Assembly (NCBI GenBank): GCA_050951325.1
Contig: JBMNIW010000012.1
Location: 512,001 to 576,000, forward strand
From: Clostridia bacterium
GTDB taxonomy: Bacteria; Bacillota; Clostridia; UBA1212; DUPL01
DNA length: 64,000 nucleotides
Direction of reading: 5' to 3'
Shown one piece after another: positions 20,481-30,818 of this stretch. The position numbers and the translations under genes were made by a program. The first letter of the stretch is position 1, and each line of letters begins with the position of its first letter. Under the pieces are notes generated by a model that saw only the letters and a list, made by a program, of their open reading frames with translations, did no database searches and was not told where the DNA came from.

Positions 20481-21753
20481 CGAAAACACCCTTTCTTCTC
20501 TTGAAATCATCAAAGAATGTAGGATATGATTTGTTTACCGCTTCTGCGTTTTTAATAATCACATCATTTTTGCATGCACCTGCAGCAATTGCCATAGACA
20601 TGGCAATCCTATGATCATTATAACTGTCTGCAATACCGCCTTCAAGCATTTCTTTGCCATTAATAACTAAACTGTCTTCAAATTCTGTAATGTCTGCACC
20701 CAGATTTCTTAGGTTTTGTGCAACAGTACTCAATCTATCGCTTTCCTTTATTCTAAGTCTGTATGCGTTATATATTCTGGTTGTGCCTTTGGAAACAGAG
20801 GCAAGTGTTGCAATAATTGGTACCAAGTCTGGAATTTTTGCAGCATCTACATCCCTTGCAAGCAGGTTGTTTCTTGTAACCTTGTAACCATCATCAATCT
20901 TTTCGACCTTTGCACCAACACGGATTAGATGCTCCACAATATATTTGTCTCCCTGAAGAGATCGTTCGTTGACCCCTTTAATAACCATGCCTTCCTCACT
21001 CATGGCTCCTGCCACAAACCAGAATGCTGCATTGGACCAATCGCCTTCAGCTTCAATATGTTTCGGTGAAGTGTATTTTTGTCCGCCAGTTACATAAAAG
21101 CAGGTGTTTTCATTTTCTCTTGTTTCCTGCACCTTTATTCCATATTTTCTTAACGTGTTAAGGGTCATGTCAATATAGGGCCGGGATTCTACCGGCGGCG
21201 TAATTATCAACTTGCTTTCTTCCTGTAAAAGAGGGAGCGCAAACAAAAGACCTGTGACAAACTGGGAGCTTATGTTTCCAGCAATTTTAAAGATGCCAGG
21301 TGTTAATTTCCCTTCCAATACAAGAGGAAGGTACGCATCGTCAGGCCTCTTAATCCTGACTCCATGGGCTTCAAGCTCCTCCACAAGAGGGGAAAGGGGT
21401 CTTTCTGGAAGTCTTCCTCTGCCTGTAAAGGTGGCATTAATGCCCAGTGCTGCAGCAATCGGAATAAAGAATCTCAAAGTAGAGCCGCTTTCGTTGCAGT
21501 CAAAGTGATATTCCTTGTCAACATCAATTGGCACTGGTTTGATTTTAAGCATGTTGTGTGCGTAATCGACTGTGCAGCCTGCTTCCCTTATGCAGTCAAT
21601 GGTCGCCTTAATATCTTCCGACATTATGTTTACATGAAGATTTGTCTCATTTTTTGACAATAAAGAACCAATCAGAATGCGATGCGCATCTGATTTTGAT
21701 GAAATTGCCTCAATTTCACCACTAAGTTTTCCTGGTTTAATCCGTACATCCAT
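20458..21753 (-). CDS. aroA: 3-phosphoshikimate 1-carboxyvinyltransferase (EPSP synthase)
   Basis: SKSDAHR, CNESGSTLRF, SSQF, LRIKESDR, NDHRIAM, KSYP. Confidence 0.95.
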   Translation of the reverse strand: MDVRIKPGKLSGEIEAISSKSDAHRILIGSLLSKNETNLHVNIMSEDIKATIDCIREAGCTVDYAHNMLKIKPVPIDVDKEYHFDCNESGSTLRFFIPIAAALGINATFTGRGRLPERPLSPLVEELEAHGVRIKRPDDAYLPLVLEGKLTPGIFKIAGNISSQFVTGLLFALPLLQEESKLIITPPVESRPYIDMTLNTLRKYGIKVQETRENENTCFYVTGGQKYTSPKHIEAEGDWSNAAFWFVAGAMSEEGMVIKGVNERSLQGDKYIVEHLIRVGAKVEKIDDGYKVTRNNLLARDVDAAKIPDLVPIIATLASVSKGTTRIYNAYRLRIKESDRLSTVAQNLRNLGADITEFEDSLVINGKEMLEGGIADSYNDHRIAMSMAIAAGACKNDVIIKNAEAVNKSYPTFFDDFKRRKGVFDVIELRE

Positions 21754-21754
21754 A

Positions 21755-22807
21755 CTACATACCTGCTTCAAAATATTTTTCCAAGTCCTTCACATCTATT
21801 GTCTGCAAAAAGCATTCACCAATTCTTTTCGGCAATACCAGATTAATCTTTTCTCCCTGTCTTTTCTTGTCTGACAAGGCAGCATTGATTAATGTTTCAA
21901 CATCATAAGGACATTGTGTAGGAAGATTGTATAGTCTTAGAGTTTCGACAAGTCTGTCAGTTATGTCTTCATCTGAGAAACCTAACTTGTATGCCGCTTT
22001 GGAGGCCATACACATGCCTATTGCAACGGCGGAACCGTGGCTCAAAGTGTAATTGCTTGCCTTCTCGATGGCGTGTCCGTAAGTGTGTCCATAGTTTAAA
22101 AGCTGCCGTACTCCCATATCACGTTCATCTTCATTTACAATATCTCTTTTTATGGACACACATCGTTCTATAACTTCCTCCATTTTATCCTTAAGCAAAT
22201 TCATTTCAGCCAGATTAAAAAGATGCTCATCTTTTATAACTCCATACTTGACAACCTCAGCAACACCATCTGAGAAGACATGGTCAGGCAGTGTTTCCAG
22301 GGTTGAATAATCACAAAGCACAAGGTCTGGCTGATAAAATGCTCCTGCTAGGTTTTTCCCTTCATCCAGATTAATTGCGGTCTTGCCTCCGACGGAAGAA
22401 TCTACGCAAGCAAGGAGGGTGGTGGGTATCTGCACAAACTTGACTCCTCTGAGATATGTAGCTGCGGCAAAGCCAGCCACATCTCCTGGGATTCCGCCTC
22501 CCAGCGCAATGATAATGTCTGATCTTGTTAGTTTGTTTGAGGCAAGAAAGTTAAGTATATTTACAAAGTTTTCTGCACCTTTTGAGTTTTCACCAACTGG
22601 AAATACATATTTTACCACCTTGTGGCCGGACTTTTCCAGAGATTCAACAACAACGGGCGAATACATACTATCCACAGTTTCGTCTGTAATTATGCAATTG
22701 GTTTTTACTCCAAATTTGTCTTTTAGAATATCGCCGGTATTTTTCAAAATATCTGGAGATATAACAACATCGTATGATTTTGATGCATTTACTGTAACAA
22801 TAGCCAT
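21755..22807 (-). CDS. aroB: 3-dehydroquinate synthase
   Basis: GGGIPGDVAGF, PTTLLACVDSSVGGKT, LNYGHTYGHAIE. Confidence 0.95.
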   Translation of the reverse strand: MAIVTVNASKSYDVVISPDILKNTGDILKDKFGVKTNCIITDETVDSMYSPVVVESLEKSGHKVVKYVFPVGENSKGAENFVNILNFLASNKLTRSDIIIALGGGIPGDVAGFAAATYLRGVKFVQIPTTLLACVDSSVGGKTAINLDEGKNLAGAFYQPDLVLCDYSTLETLPDHVFSDGVAEVVKYGVIKDEHLFNLAEMNLLKDKMEEVIERCVSIKRDIVNEDERDMGVRQLLNYGHTYGHAIEKASNYTLSHGSAVAIGMCMASKAAYKLGFSDEDITDRLVETLRLYNLPTQCPYDVETLINAALSDKKRQGEKINLVLPKRIGECFLQTIDVKDLEKYFEAGM

Positions 22808-23632
22808 TTACATATCCACCCTTTTCTTTATGTCTGCTCCTTCCTTAAGAAGCTGCCTGATCGTGTCGGCATCTCTTTCCTTGATAGCCTTGTTTATCTT
22901 TACAAGGTTATCGATTAAAAAATCGATTTCGTTAGTCAAATTGTCAGCATTTTCAAGAAACAGCTCCGTCCACATATCCGGATTAAGGTATGCAACCCTT
23001 GTCAAATCCATGTAGCTGCCTGCCGAAAAACCTTTGTGTTTTTCCGAAGCAGGACTTTTTACATAAGCGTTTGACACCACATGAGCAAGCTGCGATGTAT
23101 ATGCAATCATTGCGTCATGTTCTTCTTTTGTAGTTATTGTGATATAGCAGCCAATTTGTTCAAAAAGCTCAGCAAGTACTTTCGGACACTCTGTGTTTTC
23201 TTCAGGTACCAGTATCATGGAGGCTTTGTTAAACAGTGTAGGAGAGGCGTAATCTATTCCAGAGAACTGTCTTCCTGCCATAGGATGTCCACCTACAAAA
23301 GTAAAGTTATTGTCTTTTGTGTTCGCCCATATTTCCTCGCATACGGATCTTTTAACACCTGCACAGTCTACAACAATTGCCCCTCTTTTGAAGCTGTCCC
23401 TATTCTTCAGTACAAACTTTACCACATCTTTCGGATACAAGGCCAATACTACTATGTCGCATTCGGTAAGAAGGTCATTATCCAGTACTTTGTCGATGAA
23501 GCCCAGTTTGAGCGCTTTTTTGATTGTTTTCTCATCCAAATCATAGCCAAAAACGGCATGGCTTGTCTTGGAATTGAATGCCCCGGCGAGGGATGCACCT
23601 ATCAAGCCGAGGCCGATTATCCCGATATTCAT
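22808..23632 (-). CDS. tyrA: Prephenate/arogenate dehydrogenase
   Basis: GLGLIGAS, GGHPMAG, HDAMIAYTSQLAH, DLTRVA. Confidence 0.9.
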   Translation of the reverse strand: MNIGIIGLGLIGASLAGAFNSKTSHAVFGYDLDEKTIKKALKLGFIDKVLDNDLLTECDIVVLALYPKDVVKFVLKNRDSFKRGAIVVDCAGVKRSVCEEIWANTKDNNFTFVGGHPMAGRQFSGIDYASPTLFNKASMILVPEENTECPKVLAELFEQIGCYITITTKEEHDAMIAYTSQLAHVVSNAYVKSPASEKHKGFSAGSYMDLTRVAYLNPDMWTELFLENADNLTNEIDFLIDNLVKINKAIKERDADTIRQLLKEGADIKKRVDM

Positions 23633-23643
23633 CTCTTTTCCTC

Positions 23644-24666
23644 TCATATTTCTACCAGTTTTCTATCAGTGAAAATCGTAAACATCTTCTTTACGTCCTG
23701 CATCAAATCATCAAACTGTGCTGGATTTAATGACTGAGCACCATCACTTAAAGCCTTCTCAGGATCATTGTGAACTTCAACCATTATTCCGTCTGCGCCT
23801 GCAGCAATTGCTGCAAGAGAAAGAGGAGGCACTATTGGTGCAATTCCAGATGCGTGGGACGGGTCGACTAGTACGGGTAGGTGGGAGTACTGTTTCAGTA
23901 GCGGAACAGCTGCAATATCAAGGGTGTTTCTTGTTGACGTCTCAAAGGTCCTAATCCCTCTTTCACACAAGATAACGTTATTGTTTCCACCTGCCATAAT
24001 GTATTCGGCGGACATTAAAAACTCGTTGAGTGTGTTTGCAAGACCTCGTTTTAGAAGAATCGGTTTTCTTGTCATTCCCAATTCCTTCAATAGTTCAAAG
24101 TTCTGCATATTGCGTGCGCCAACCTGAATTATGTCCACATCCTCAAACAATGGAAGGCTTCCTACATCCATAATCTCAGTTACTATGGGGAGGCCGGTTT
24201 CCTTTTTTGCTTCAAGGAGCATTTTTATACCCTTGTCTCTGTGTCCTTGGAAAGCATAAGGTGATGTGCGAGGTTTGAAAGCACCGCCCCGCAAAAGTGT
24301 TGCTCCTGATTTTTTTACTGACTTTGCAACTTCAATAATCTGCTCGGTTGATTCAACGGAGCAAGGACCTGCAATAACATTGAAATGTCCTCCGCCAATT
24401 TTTATACCGCATACATCCAGGACAGTATCGTCGGGATGAAACTTTCTGTTGGCATTTTTGTAGGGCTCGGAAATGCGCATGACGCTTTCCACAATATTTA
24501 GGCCCTTTAGAAGTTCAATATCTATTGCACTTACATCACCAATGAGGCCTATGATTGTCTGGTATCTACCCTTTGACAAATGCACGTCGAGACCCTGGTT
24601 TTTAAGCCACTCTATTAAATTGTATAGCTGTTTTTCTTCTGCGTTTTTTCTTAAAATTAATACCAT
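23644..24666 (-). CDS. aroF: DAHP synthase (type I-beta)
   Basis: IAGPCSVES, RGGAFKPRTSPY, QVGARNMQN, LCERGIRTFE, DPSH, SDG. Confidence 0.93.
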   Translation of the reverse strand: MVLILRKNAEEKQLYNLIEWLKNQGLDVHLSKGRYQTIIGLIGDVSAIDIELLKGLNIVESVMRISEPYKNANRKFHPDDTVLDVCGIKIGGGHFNVIAGPCSVESTEQIIEVAKSVKKSGATLLRGGAFKPRTSPYAFQGHRDKGIKMLLEAKKETGLPIVTEIMDVGSLPLFEDVDIIQVGARNMQNFELLKELGMTRKPILLKRGLANTLNEFLMSAEYIMAGGNNNVILCERGIRTFETSTRNTLDIAAVPLLKQYSHLPVLVDPSHASGIAPIVPPLSLAAIAAGADGIMVEVHNDPEKALSDGAQSLNPAQFDDLMQDVKKMFTIFTDRKLVEI

Positions 24667-24769
24667 TGACATACACCATTTTCTATATGAGAAATAATCT
24701 GTTCTGGTGAACAGATTTGGGGAAATATTAACCGCTTTGATTTCTGCGGAAGTTTTGAGTTTAAATATC

Positions 24770-24799
24770 ATTCTACCACATGATAAAAGCATGTGTCAA
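24770..24799 (-). promoter_or_regulatory. SigA promoter of the aro operon with an internal palindrome
   Basis: Minus strand TTGACA-18 bp-TG.TAGAAT; CACATG-N7-CATGTG at 24777-24795. Confidence 0.65.
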
Positions 24800-25741
24800 T
24801 TATATTTTTGGAAGAGCTTGACTTTCTACACAAAAGAATCTGATAAGCGTTCTTTTGTATGTATACACACCGTACACTCTATTGCCCTCGGCTATGACTG
24901 AAGGGTAGGAAAACTCTCCCTCTCCATCCTCCAGAGTTAACTCATGCTTGAAAGTTAACCCTTTATCATAACTTGCAAGCAATGACAAAGGAGATCTGCC
25001 TGCTTCAACAGGATTGCATGCAAGTACCAGCATATCACTTTTTATTTTTACCAAATCCAAACCGCTGTTGTTGTTCGGTATGTTAATTGGATATGCCTTG
25101 CACCAGGTAAGGCCATTGTCTTTGGAATTGCTTCTGAAAATTCTTTGCCTGTTGGAACGCATAAGCATGTGCAGCCCGCTGGAATCTTCCCATATTGAAG
25201 GCTGTATAAGATTTGTCTTTTCATCTGGAGAAGGAACAATATTGCCCTTTGTCCACGTCTTTCCCCTGTCTTTGGATATGTCAACAAAACACTTCCACTG
25301 ACCAATTTCTGTAGAAGCAGGAGCAACCAGCCATCCGTTGCTAAGGTAAATGGGCTTGTTTTTTACAGGACCTCTCCCGCCAATATCATCATTGCAGAGT
25401 CTTTCTGGCAAGGTCCATGTTCTCCCGTAATCTTTTGATTTGGTTATAAAGGTCATCCATGAAGCAATTGTTTTACCTGATTTGTAAAACAAAAGGAGCT
25501 CGTTGCCGTTGTTGAACAAAACAGGATTCCAATGTGGCAGCCCATCATCTAGAGAAACGCAAAGTGGCTTTTCCCATTTGTTGTTTATCCTAACTGAGAC
25601 ATATATTCTTACATCATCTTTTCCTTCTTCAGTACCGCCAAACCATGCTGCCACAAAACCATCATCAGTTTTTGCCAAAGTTGATGCATGGCAGGACGGT
25701 GTATTCTTTTCAAAAATGTTTTCCTTAAACAGAAGTTTCAC
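24800..25741 (-). CDS. Sialidase-like BNR/Asp-box protein (cytoplasmic)
   Basis: CHASTL, AWFGGTEEG, Asp-boxes SKDYGRTW, SKDRGKTW, SKDNGLTW; EFSYPS; GGGAGG RBS with GTG start. Confidence 0.85.
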   Translation of the reverse strand: MKLLFKENIFEKNTPSCHASTLAKTDDGFVAAWFGGTEEGKDDVRIYVSVRINNKWEKPLCVSLDDGLPHWNPVLFNNGNELLLFYKSGKTIASWMTFITKSKDYGRTWTLPERLCNDDIGGRGPVKNKPIYLSNGWLVAPASTEIGQWKCFVDISKDRGKTWTKGNIVPSPDEKTNLIQPSIWEDSSGLHMLMRSNRQRIFRSNSKDNGLTWCKAYPINIPNNNSGLDLVKIKSDMLVLACNPVEAGRSPLSLLASYDKGLTFKHELTLEDGEGEFSYPSVIAEGNRVYGVYTYKRTLIRFFCVESQALPKI

Positions 25742-25880
25742 CTTGAGAGGCCTCCCTATAATTGATATCAATAATATACCACAGAAACACAACTATTTGG
25801 TCCGAGTAATTAAATCAGATGACCGAAAGGGAAAATAAATATATAATATTAGTATAGTGTTTTTTATAAGGGTGATTTTT

Positions 25881-26162
25881 GTGATAATAGGCAGTGTTAT
25901 TGTGAAAATATATGTACCAAGTGTCCATTCACTGAAGGAGAAAAGAACGATTGTAAAGAGTCTCGTAACCAAGGTTAAAAACAAGTTTAACGTTTCAATT
26001 GCTGAAGTAAGTGAAAACGATACCCACCAGACTATTGTATTGGGATTTGCCTGCGTTACTATATCAACAAAGCATGCAAACAGTATTATAGATACCGTTA
26101 TCAATTTCATTGAAAACAATACAGAGGGTGATATAGTCGATATTGTTCGTGAAATCCTATAA
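25881..26162 (+). CDS. DUF503 (YlxP-like) protein
   Basis: HSLKEKRTIVKSL, KFNVSIAEV. Confidence 0.88.
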   Translation: MIIGSVIVKIYVPSVHSLKEKRTIVKSLVTKVKNKFNVSIAEVSENDTHQTIVLGFACVTISTKHANSIIDTVINFIENNTEGDIVDIVREIL

Positions 26163-26232
26163 ATTTTATTTTTTGTTATATTAATGATATAATGTAAGAG
26201 TAGTCTAACTTTTATTGATTGGAGGAAATGCG

Positions 26233-27267
26233 ATGAAAAAGAAAATAGCATTTTTTGATACAAAAGCATACGATAAACATTTCTTCGATATGTACAATAA
26301 CGGAGAATTTGAGATACAATACTTTGAAAGCAAACTGAACAAGCATACTGCCGAGATGACGAAGGGATACGATGCGGTATGTGCCTTTGTCAATGATGAT
26401 ATAAATGCGGACGTCATCGACGTCCTTTATGAAAACGGCATTGGTCTTGTTGCGTTAAGGTGTGCAGGGTACAACAATGTCGACATTAAGCATGCATACA
26501 AAAGGGTACATGTAACACGTGTACCTTCATATTCTCCTAATGCAGTTGCGGAACATGCTATGGCGCTTCTTCTTACGTTGAACCGCAAAATACACAGGGC
26601 ATACAACAGGACTAGGGAACATAATTTCAGTCTTGAAGGTCTTACAGGCTTTGATTTGTACGGAAAGACTGTAGGCGTTATTGGTACAGGCAAGATAGGC
26701 AGAGCCTTTGCCAACATATGCAAGGGGTTTGGAATGAAGGTTGTTGCATATGACCTGTATCCGGCTCCAGATGCGGATTTTGAGTACAAGACCCTGGATG
26801 AAATATTTAAAGAGGCGGATATCATATCACTTCACTGCCCGCTAAACGAAGAGACAAGACATATGATAAATGATGAGTCTCTGGGCAAGATGAAGGACGG
26901 AGTAGCAATTATCAACACTTCAAGAGGACAACTTATAGATACACAAGCATTGATAAGAGCAATAAAATGTGGGAAAGTGGGAATGGCTGGTCTCGATGTA
27001 TACGAGGAAGAATCAGAGTTTTTCTATGAGGACCATTCCAATAACATACTTCAGGATGACGCACTGGTCACTCTCATATCCATGCCAAATGTAATTGTTA
27101 CTTCCCATCAGGCGTTCTTGACCAAGGAAGCATTGCAGGCAATTGCACAAACCACGCTAAAGAACATGCGCGACTATTTTGACGACAAGGTTCTTGTCAA
27201 TGAAATTTGCTACAGATGTGAAGAGTACGGAATATGCGACATGGGGCACACAAAAAACTGCTTTTAA
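26233..27267 (+). CDS. ldhA: D-lactate / D-2-hydroxyacid dehydrogenase
   Basis: CAFVND, LRCAGYNNVD, VPSYSPNAVAEH, GTGKIG, INTSRG, DVYEEE, HQAFLT. Confidence 0.85.
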   Translation: MKKKIAFFDTKAYDKHFFDMYNNGEFEIQYFESKLNKHTAEMTKGYDAVCAFVNDDINADVIDVLYENGIGLVALRCAGYNNVDIKHAYKRVHVTRVPSYSPNAVAEHAMALLLTLNRKIHRAYNRTREHNFSLEGLTGFDLYGKTVGVIGTGKIGRAFANICKGFGMKVVAYDLYPAPDADFEYKTLDEIFKEADIISLHCPLNEETRHMINDESLGKMKDGVAIINTSRGQLIDTQALIRAIKCGKVGMAGLDVYEEESEFFYEDHSNNILQDDALVTLISMPNVIVTSHQAFLTKEALQAIAQTTLKNMRDYFDDKVLVNEICYRCEEYGICDMGHTKNCF

Positions 27268-27377
27268 ATATTTCTAGTTCTTTTTTATGCAATTGTTTGG
27301 TATTATTTAGAATATAATATACTACTTAACGAAATTTATGGTATAATTAGTTTACCAACCTTGGCGGAGGTTTTATT

Positions 27378-28922
27378 ATGACAAACAAAAAGCAGATAAA
27401 CAACGCATTGAAACCATATTTTAAAAGGCTTACGAAGGAGTCTTTCCTCAAAGCTTTAATAATTGGCATGATTGCAGGAGCGGTTGTGGGGCTTGTGATA
27501 CTTGCTCTATCCCATGTACTGCCAATCAAGATATTCTTCTGGCATGCTCTTGTTGGATTCCTTATTTCATCGGCTGCAGCGATAATTATTGCATACAATC
27601 TCTTGAAACCAAATGTACACAAAGTGGCAGCCAGAGTGGATGGCCTTGGTCTAAACGAGAAGGTTCAGACCATGCTTGAGTTGCAGGATGAAGAGGGTAC
27701 TTTTGCAAGAGTGCAAAGGGAAGACGCTATAAACACTCTTACAACTTTGCCTCCAAGACTTTTGAAGCTGGGTTTTCCCAAAAGGCTTGCTGCAGTTTGC
27801 GTTGCACTCATGGTCGCATTCTCACTTATTGGTTTTCTACCCAATGAGCACAGACAGGAACTTTTGGAAAAAGAAAAGCAGTTGTTGGAAGAACTGGAGA
27901 AAGTAGAAGATCTTCTTGAAAAGCTGGAAGAGGAAATTGAGGAGGCTGACCTTTCTCCGGAATTAAAGGAGGAGGTAATGGAGATTGTGGAGGAGCTCAA
28001 GGAGAAGCTGAAGAGTGAGAAATCAACCAGCAAGAAACTATCCGCAATCAATGAAGCCAAAGAAAAGTTTGAGGAACTTTTAAAAAAAGCCAAGGAACTA
28101 GAACTTGAAGACATATCAGACTCCTTGAAAGAAAATGATAATACCAAGGAGCTTGGTGAGGCCATTGAGGAAGGCGATACTGAAAAAGTAAAAGAGGAAC
28201 TTGATGAGATTCTTGAAGATATTAAGGACTTAGAGGAGAATGAGCTGTCGGAGAAGCTGCAGGAGCTTGCAGAATCCTTCGAGAATGCTTCCGAAAATGC
28301 ATCCAATGACCTTAAGGAATCCATGAAAGAACTGGCCAATAAGCTTAAGGAAGCTGCTGAAAAGGGCGAAATTGACATGTCAGAATTGGAAGATATGTTT
28401 GATGAGCTAGGCGAGAAACTTGAAGAGGCAATGACTGGCGAAGGCACGGAAATTGATAATATTGACCAGCTTCTTGAAGACTTGAAAAAAGTTCAGTCTG
28501 AAAGCGAAAATCCTGGAGAGAATCAGGACGGAAGCAAGGGCAAAAGCGAAGGCCAAAATGAAGGAGAAGGAGAAGGTGAAGGAGAAGGGCAGGATCAAGA
28601 TGGAGGTGAAGGCAAAGGAGGAGAAGGAAATGGCTCTGGCGCCGGAAAGGGAGAAGGAAAGGAAACCAAGGAAGATGTAAGCATCTATGATCCTTCACTG
28701 ATTGGAGGAGACGGCAAAGACGAATACGTGCCTGGCAAAAAGGACGAGAACGGAAACGTACAGAAAATTGAGCTGGGAGAAGCTGAGTTGAAAGAGGGCA
28801 CCGTACCGTATGATGAAGTCTTCCAGGACTATTTGAACAAGGCAAGGCAGGCAATTGAAAGAGAAAGTGTTCCCGATGATATCAGGAGTTTAATAGAAAA
28901 ATATTTTTCATCACTTGAGTAA
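27378..28922 (+). CDS. Membrane-anchored acidic coiled-coil protein, first gene of the MoxR operon
   Basis: Three N-terminal hydrophobic segments, long E/K/L heptads, G/E/Q-rich tract, C-terminal VPYDEV...IEKYF. Confidence 0.75.
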   Translation: MTNKKQINNALKPYFKRLTKESFLKALIIGMIAGAVVGLVILALSHVLPIKIFFWHALVGFLISSAAAIIIAYNLLKPNVHKVAARVDGLGLNEKVQTMLELQDEEGTFARVQREDAINTLTTLPPRLLKLGFPKRLAAVCVALMVAFSLIGFLPNEHRQELLEKEKQLLEELEKVEDLLEKLEEEIEEADLSPELKEEVMEIVEELKEKLKSEKSTSKKLSAINEAKEKFEELLKKAKELELEDISDSLKENDNTKELGEAIEEGDTEKVKEELDEILEDIKDLEENELSEKLQELAESFENASENASNDLKESMKELANKLKEAAEKGEIDMSELEDMFDELGEKLEEAMTGEGTEIDNIDQLLEDLKKVQSESENPGENQDGSKGKSEGQNEGEGEGEGEGQDQDGGEGKGGEGNGSGAGKGEGKETKEDVSIYDPSLIGGDGKDEYVPGKKDENGNVQKIELGEAELKEGTVPYDEVFQDYLNKARQAIERESVPDDIRSLIEKYFSSLE

Positions 28923-28933
28923 TGGAGGACTTT

Positions 28934-29920
28934 ATGATAACTGAAAAAGACATATACGGTTTTCATGATTTGGTGGGCAAAATCTCTAAAGAGATAGCCA
29001 AAGACATGGTTGGTCAGACGGATGTTATTGAAGGCGTACTTATTGCTATGATTTCCGGTGGAAATATTCTTCTTGAAGGTGTTCCCGGACTTGGAAAAAC
29101 GAGACTTGTGAGGACAATAGGCAGAGTTTTTGATTTGCCTTTTTCAAGAATACAGTTTACCCCGGATTTGATGCCTGCGGACGTGGTTGGTACGAATATT
29201 GTTGTAAAGGATGAAATGGGAAATTCGGTATTTAAATTCCAACCAGGACCGATATTCAGCAACATTGTGCTTGCAGACGAGATAAATAGGGCCACTCCGA
29301 AAACCCAATCCGCACTTCTTGAGGCAATGCAGGAGCATACTGTAACTGTTGGTGGAGTGTCAAGAAAACTTGATGAACCTTTCTTTGTTTTGGCCACCCA
29401 GAACCCTATTGAGCAGGAAGGCACTTACCCTTTGCCTGAAGCACAGATGGACAGGTTTATGTTTAAACTGCTTGTGAAGTTCCCATCTCCTGATGAACTT
29501 ACTAATATAGTTAGAATGACACAGAAGAAAAATGACGAAACTGCAGACAAGGTGGCAACAGGCGAGGATATTTTGAAACTTAGGGAAGTGGCAAGAGGTG
29601 TCCCTGTTGCAGACCCTGTAATGGACTATGCCATGAGACTTATAACTAGGACGCATCCTGATCTGGATGAAGGGGCTCCAAGCAGCAAGAAGTATTTGAG
29701 ATTCGGAGCAAGTCCAAGAGGTGCGCAAGCCTTGATTTCAGGAGCAAAAGTAAGGGCTCTTATGAATGGAAGGTACAATGTTTCATTTGAAGATATAGAG
29801 GTGCTCAGCTATTCTGTCTTAAGACACAGAATAGCGCTGAATTTTGAAGCCATGACTGAAGGTTTGACCAGCGACATGGTAATAGAGAGAATTATCAGCG
29901 AGACCGGCAGGGGCGTTTGA
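28934..29920 (+). CDS. MoxR family AAA+ ATPase
   Basis: GVPGLGKT, RIQFTPDLMPAD, LADEINRATPKTQSALLEAM, ATQNPIEQEGTYPLPEAQ. Confidence 0.95.
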   Translation: MITEKDIYGFHDLVGKISKEIAKDMVGQTDVIEGVLIAMISGGNILLEGVPGLGKTRLVRTIGRVFDLPFSRIQFTPDLMPADVVGTNIVVKDEMGNSVFKFQPGPIFSNIVLADEINRATPKTQSALLEAMQEHTVTVGGVSRKLDEPFFVLATQNPIEQEGTYPLPEAQMDRFMFKLLVKFPSPDELTNIVRMTQKKNDETADKVATGEDILKLREVARGVPVADPVMDYAMRLITRTHPDLDEGAPSSKKYLRFGASPRGAQALISGAKVRALMNGRYNVSFEDIEVLSYSVLRHRIALNFEAMTEGLTSDMVIERIISETGRGV

Positions 29921-29921
29921 T

Positions 29922-30803
29922 ATGAGTGGAACACTTTTTGATGAAGGCTTCATGTCGAAGCTTGAAAACATGTCCCTGCACTTTAAAAATGCTGTTAACA
30001 GCGTTTACACAGGCGGAAGGCGTTCCAAATCCCATGGTAGCACTGTAGAGTTCTCGGACTTCCGGGAATATACTCCAGGAGATGATTACAGAAGGATAGA
30101 TTGGAATGCTTATGCAAGATTTGAAAAATTTTTTATAAAGCTCTATCTGGATGAAAAACAGCTACATACAAGGATACTGCTTGATACTTCAAAGTCAATG
30201 GATTTTGGCGAGCCAAACAAAGGTTTTCTTGCCAAGAGGCTTGCCGCAGCTTTTGCATACATGGCAATAGGCTCATTGGACAGAGCTTCCATATATTCCG
30301 TTTCTGAGCATATGGAGCATGTATGTTCTGGCATTGAAGGGCGAAATGCCTTTTACAAGTCTCTTGAAAGGCTTGCGGCAGTTCCTTTCAAAGGTGAATC
30401 CAGGCTGTTTGAATGTGTCAAGGATATTAGGAACATATATCGCGGGGATGGAGCTGCGATAATAATATCTGATCTTCTAACAGACAGCGATTACAAGGCG
30501 ATGATAGACTATCTTCTGTATTACAAACAGCAGATAATACTTGTCCACATATTGTCACCGGACGAATTAAACCCCCAGTACAGTGGAAGGGTAAGACTTT
30601 TGGACAGCGAGGGTAATGATTACAGGGACCTTGATATTACTCCAAGGACTTTGGATTTGTACAAAAGGACTTTAAGGAGCTTTATGGATGATATTGCATC
30701 TTTTTGTGCAAAGCGTGGAGTGTATCTGTTGCAGATATCCAGTGATGAAAGCCTTGAGAGCATATTGCTGGGTAAAGGTCATAGTCTGGGAATAATAAGC
30801 TGA
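29922..30803 (+). CDS. DUF58 (VWA-like) protein
   Basis: EFSDFREYTPGDDYRRIDWN, LDTSKSM, ISD. Confidence 0.92.
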   Translation: MSGTLFDEGFMSKLENMSLHFKNAVNSVYTGGRRSKSHGSTVEFSDFREYTPGDDYRRIDWNAYARFEKFFIKLYLDEKQLHTRILLDTSKSMDFGEPNKGFLAKRLAAAFAYMAIGSLDRASIYSVSEHMEHVCSGIEGRNAFYKSLERLAAVPFKGESRLFECVKDIRNIYRGDGAAIIISDLLTDSDYKAMIDYLLYYKQQIILVHILSPDELNPQYSGRVRLLDSEGNDYRDLDITPRTLDLYKRTLRSFMDDIASFCAKRGVYLLQISSDESLESILLGKGHSLGIIS

Positions 30804-30818
30804 TTAATGGAGAGTGCT

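Noticed and set aside
18245-24666. aro operon lacks aroD, aroE and aroK
   Set aside because: These genes are often located elsewhere; absence cannot be judged from one window.
28555-28665. GAAGGA-type short tandem repeats
   Set aside because: They encode the low-complexity GEGEGE tract; not a CRISPR or contingency locus.
27665-28854. Long antisense ORFs (260 and 169 aa)
   Set aside because: Shadow frames of the Glu/Lys/Gly-rich coding strand, with Ser/Phe/Leu-biased composition.
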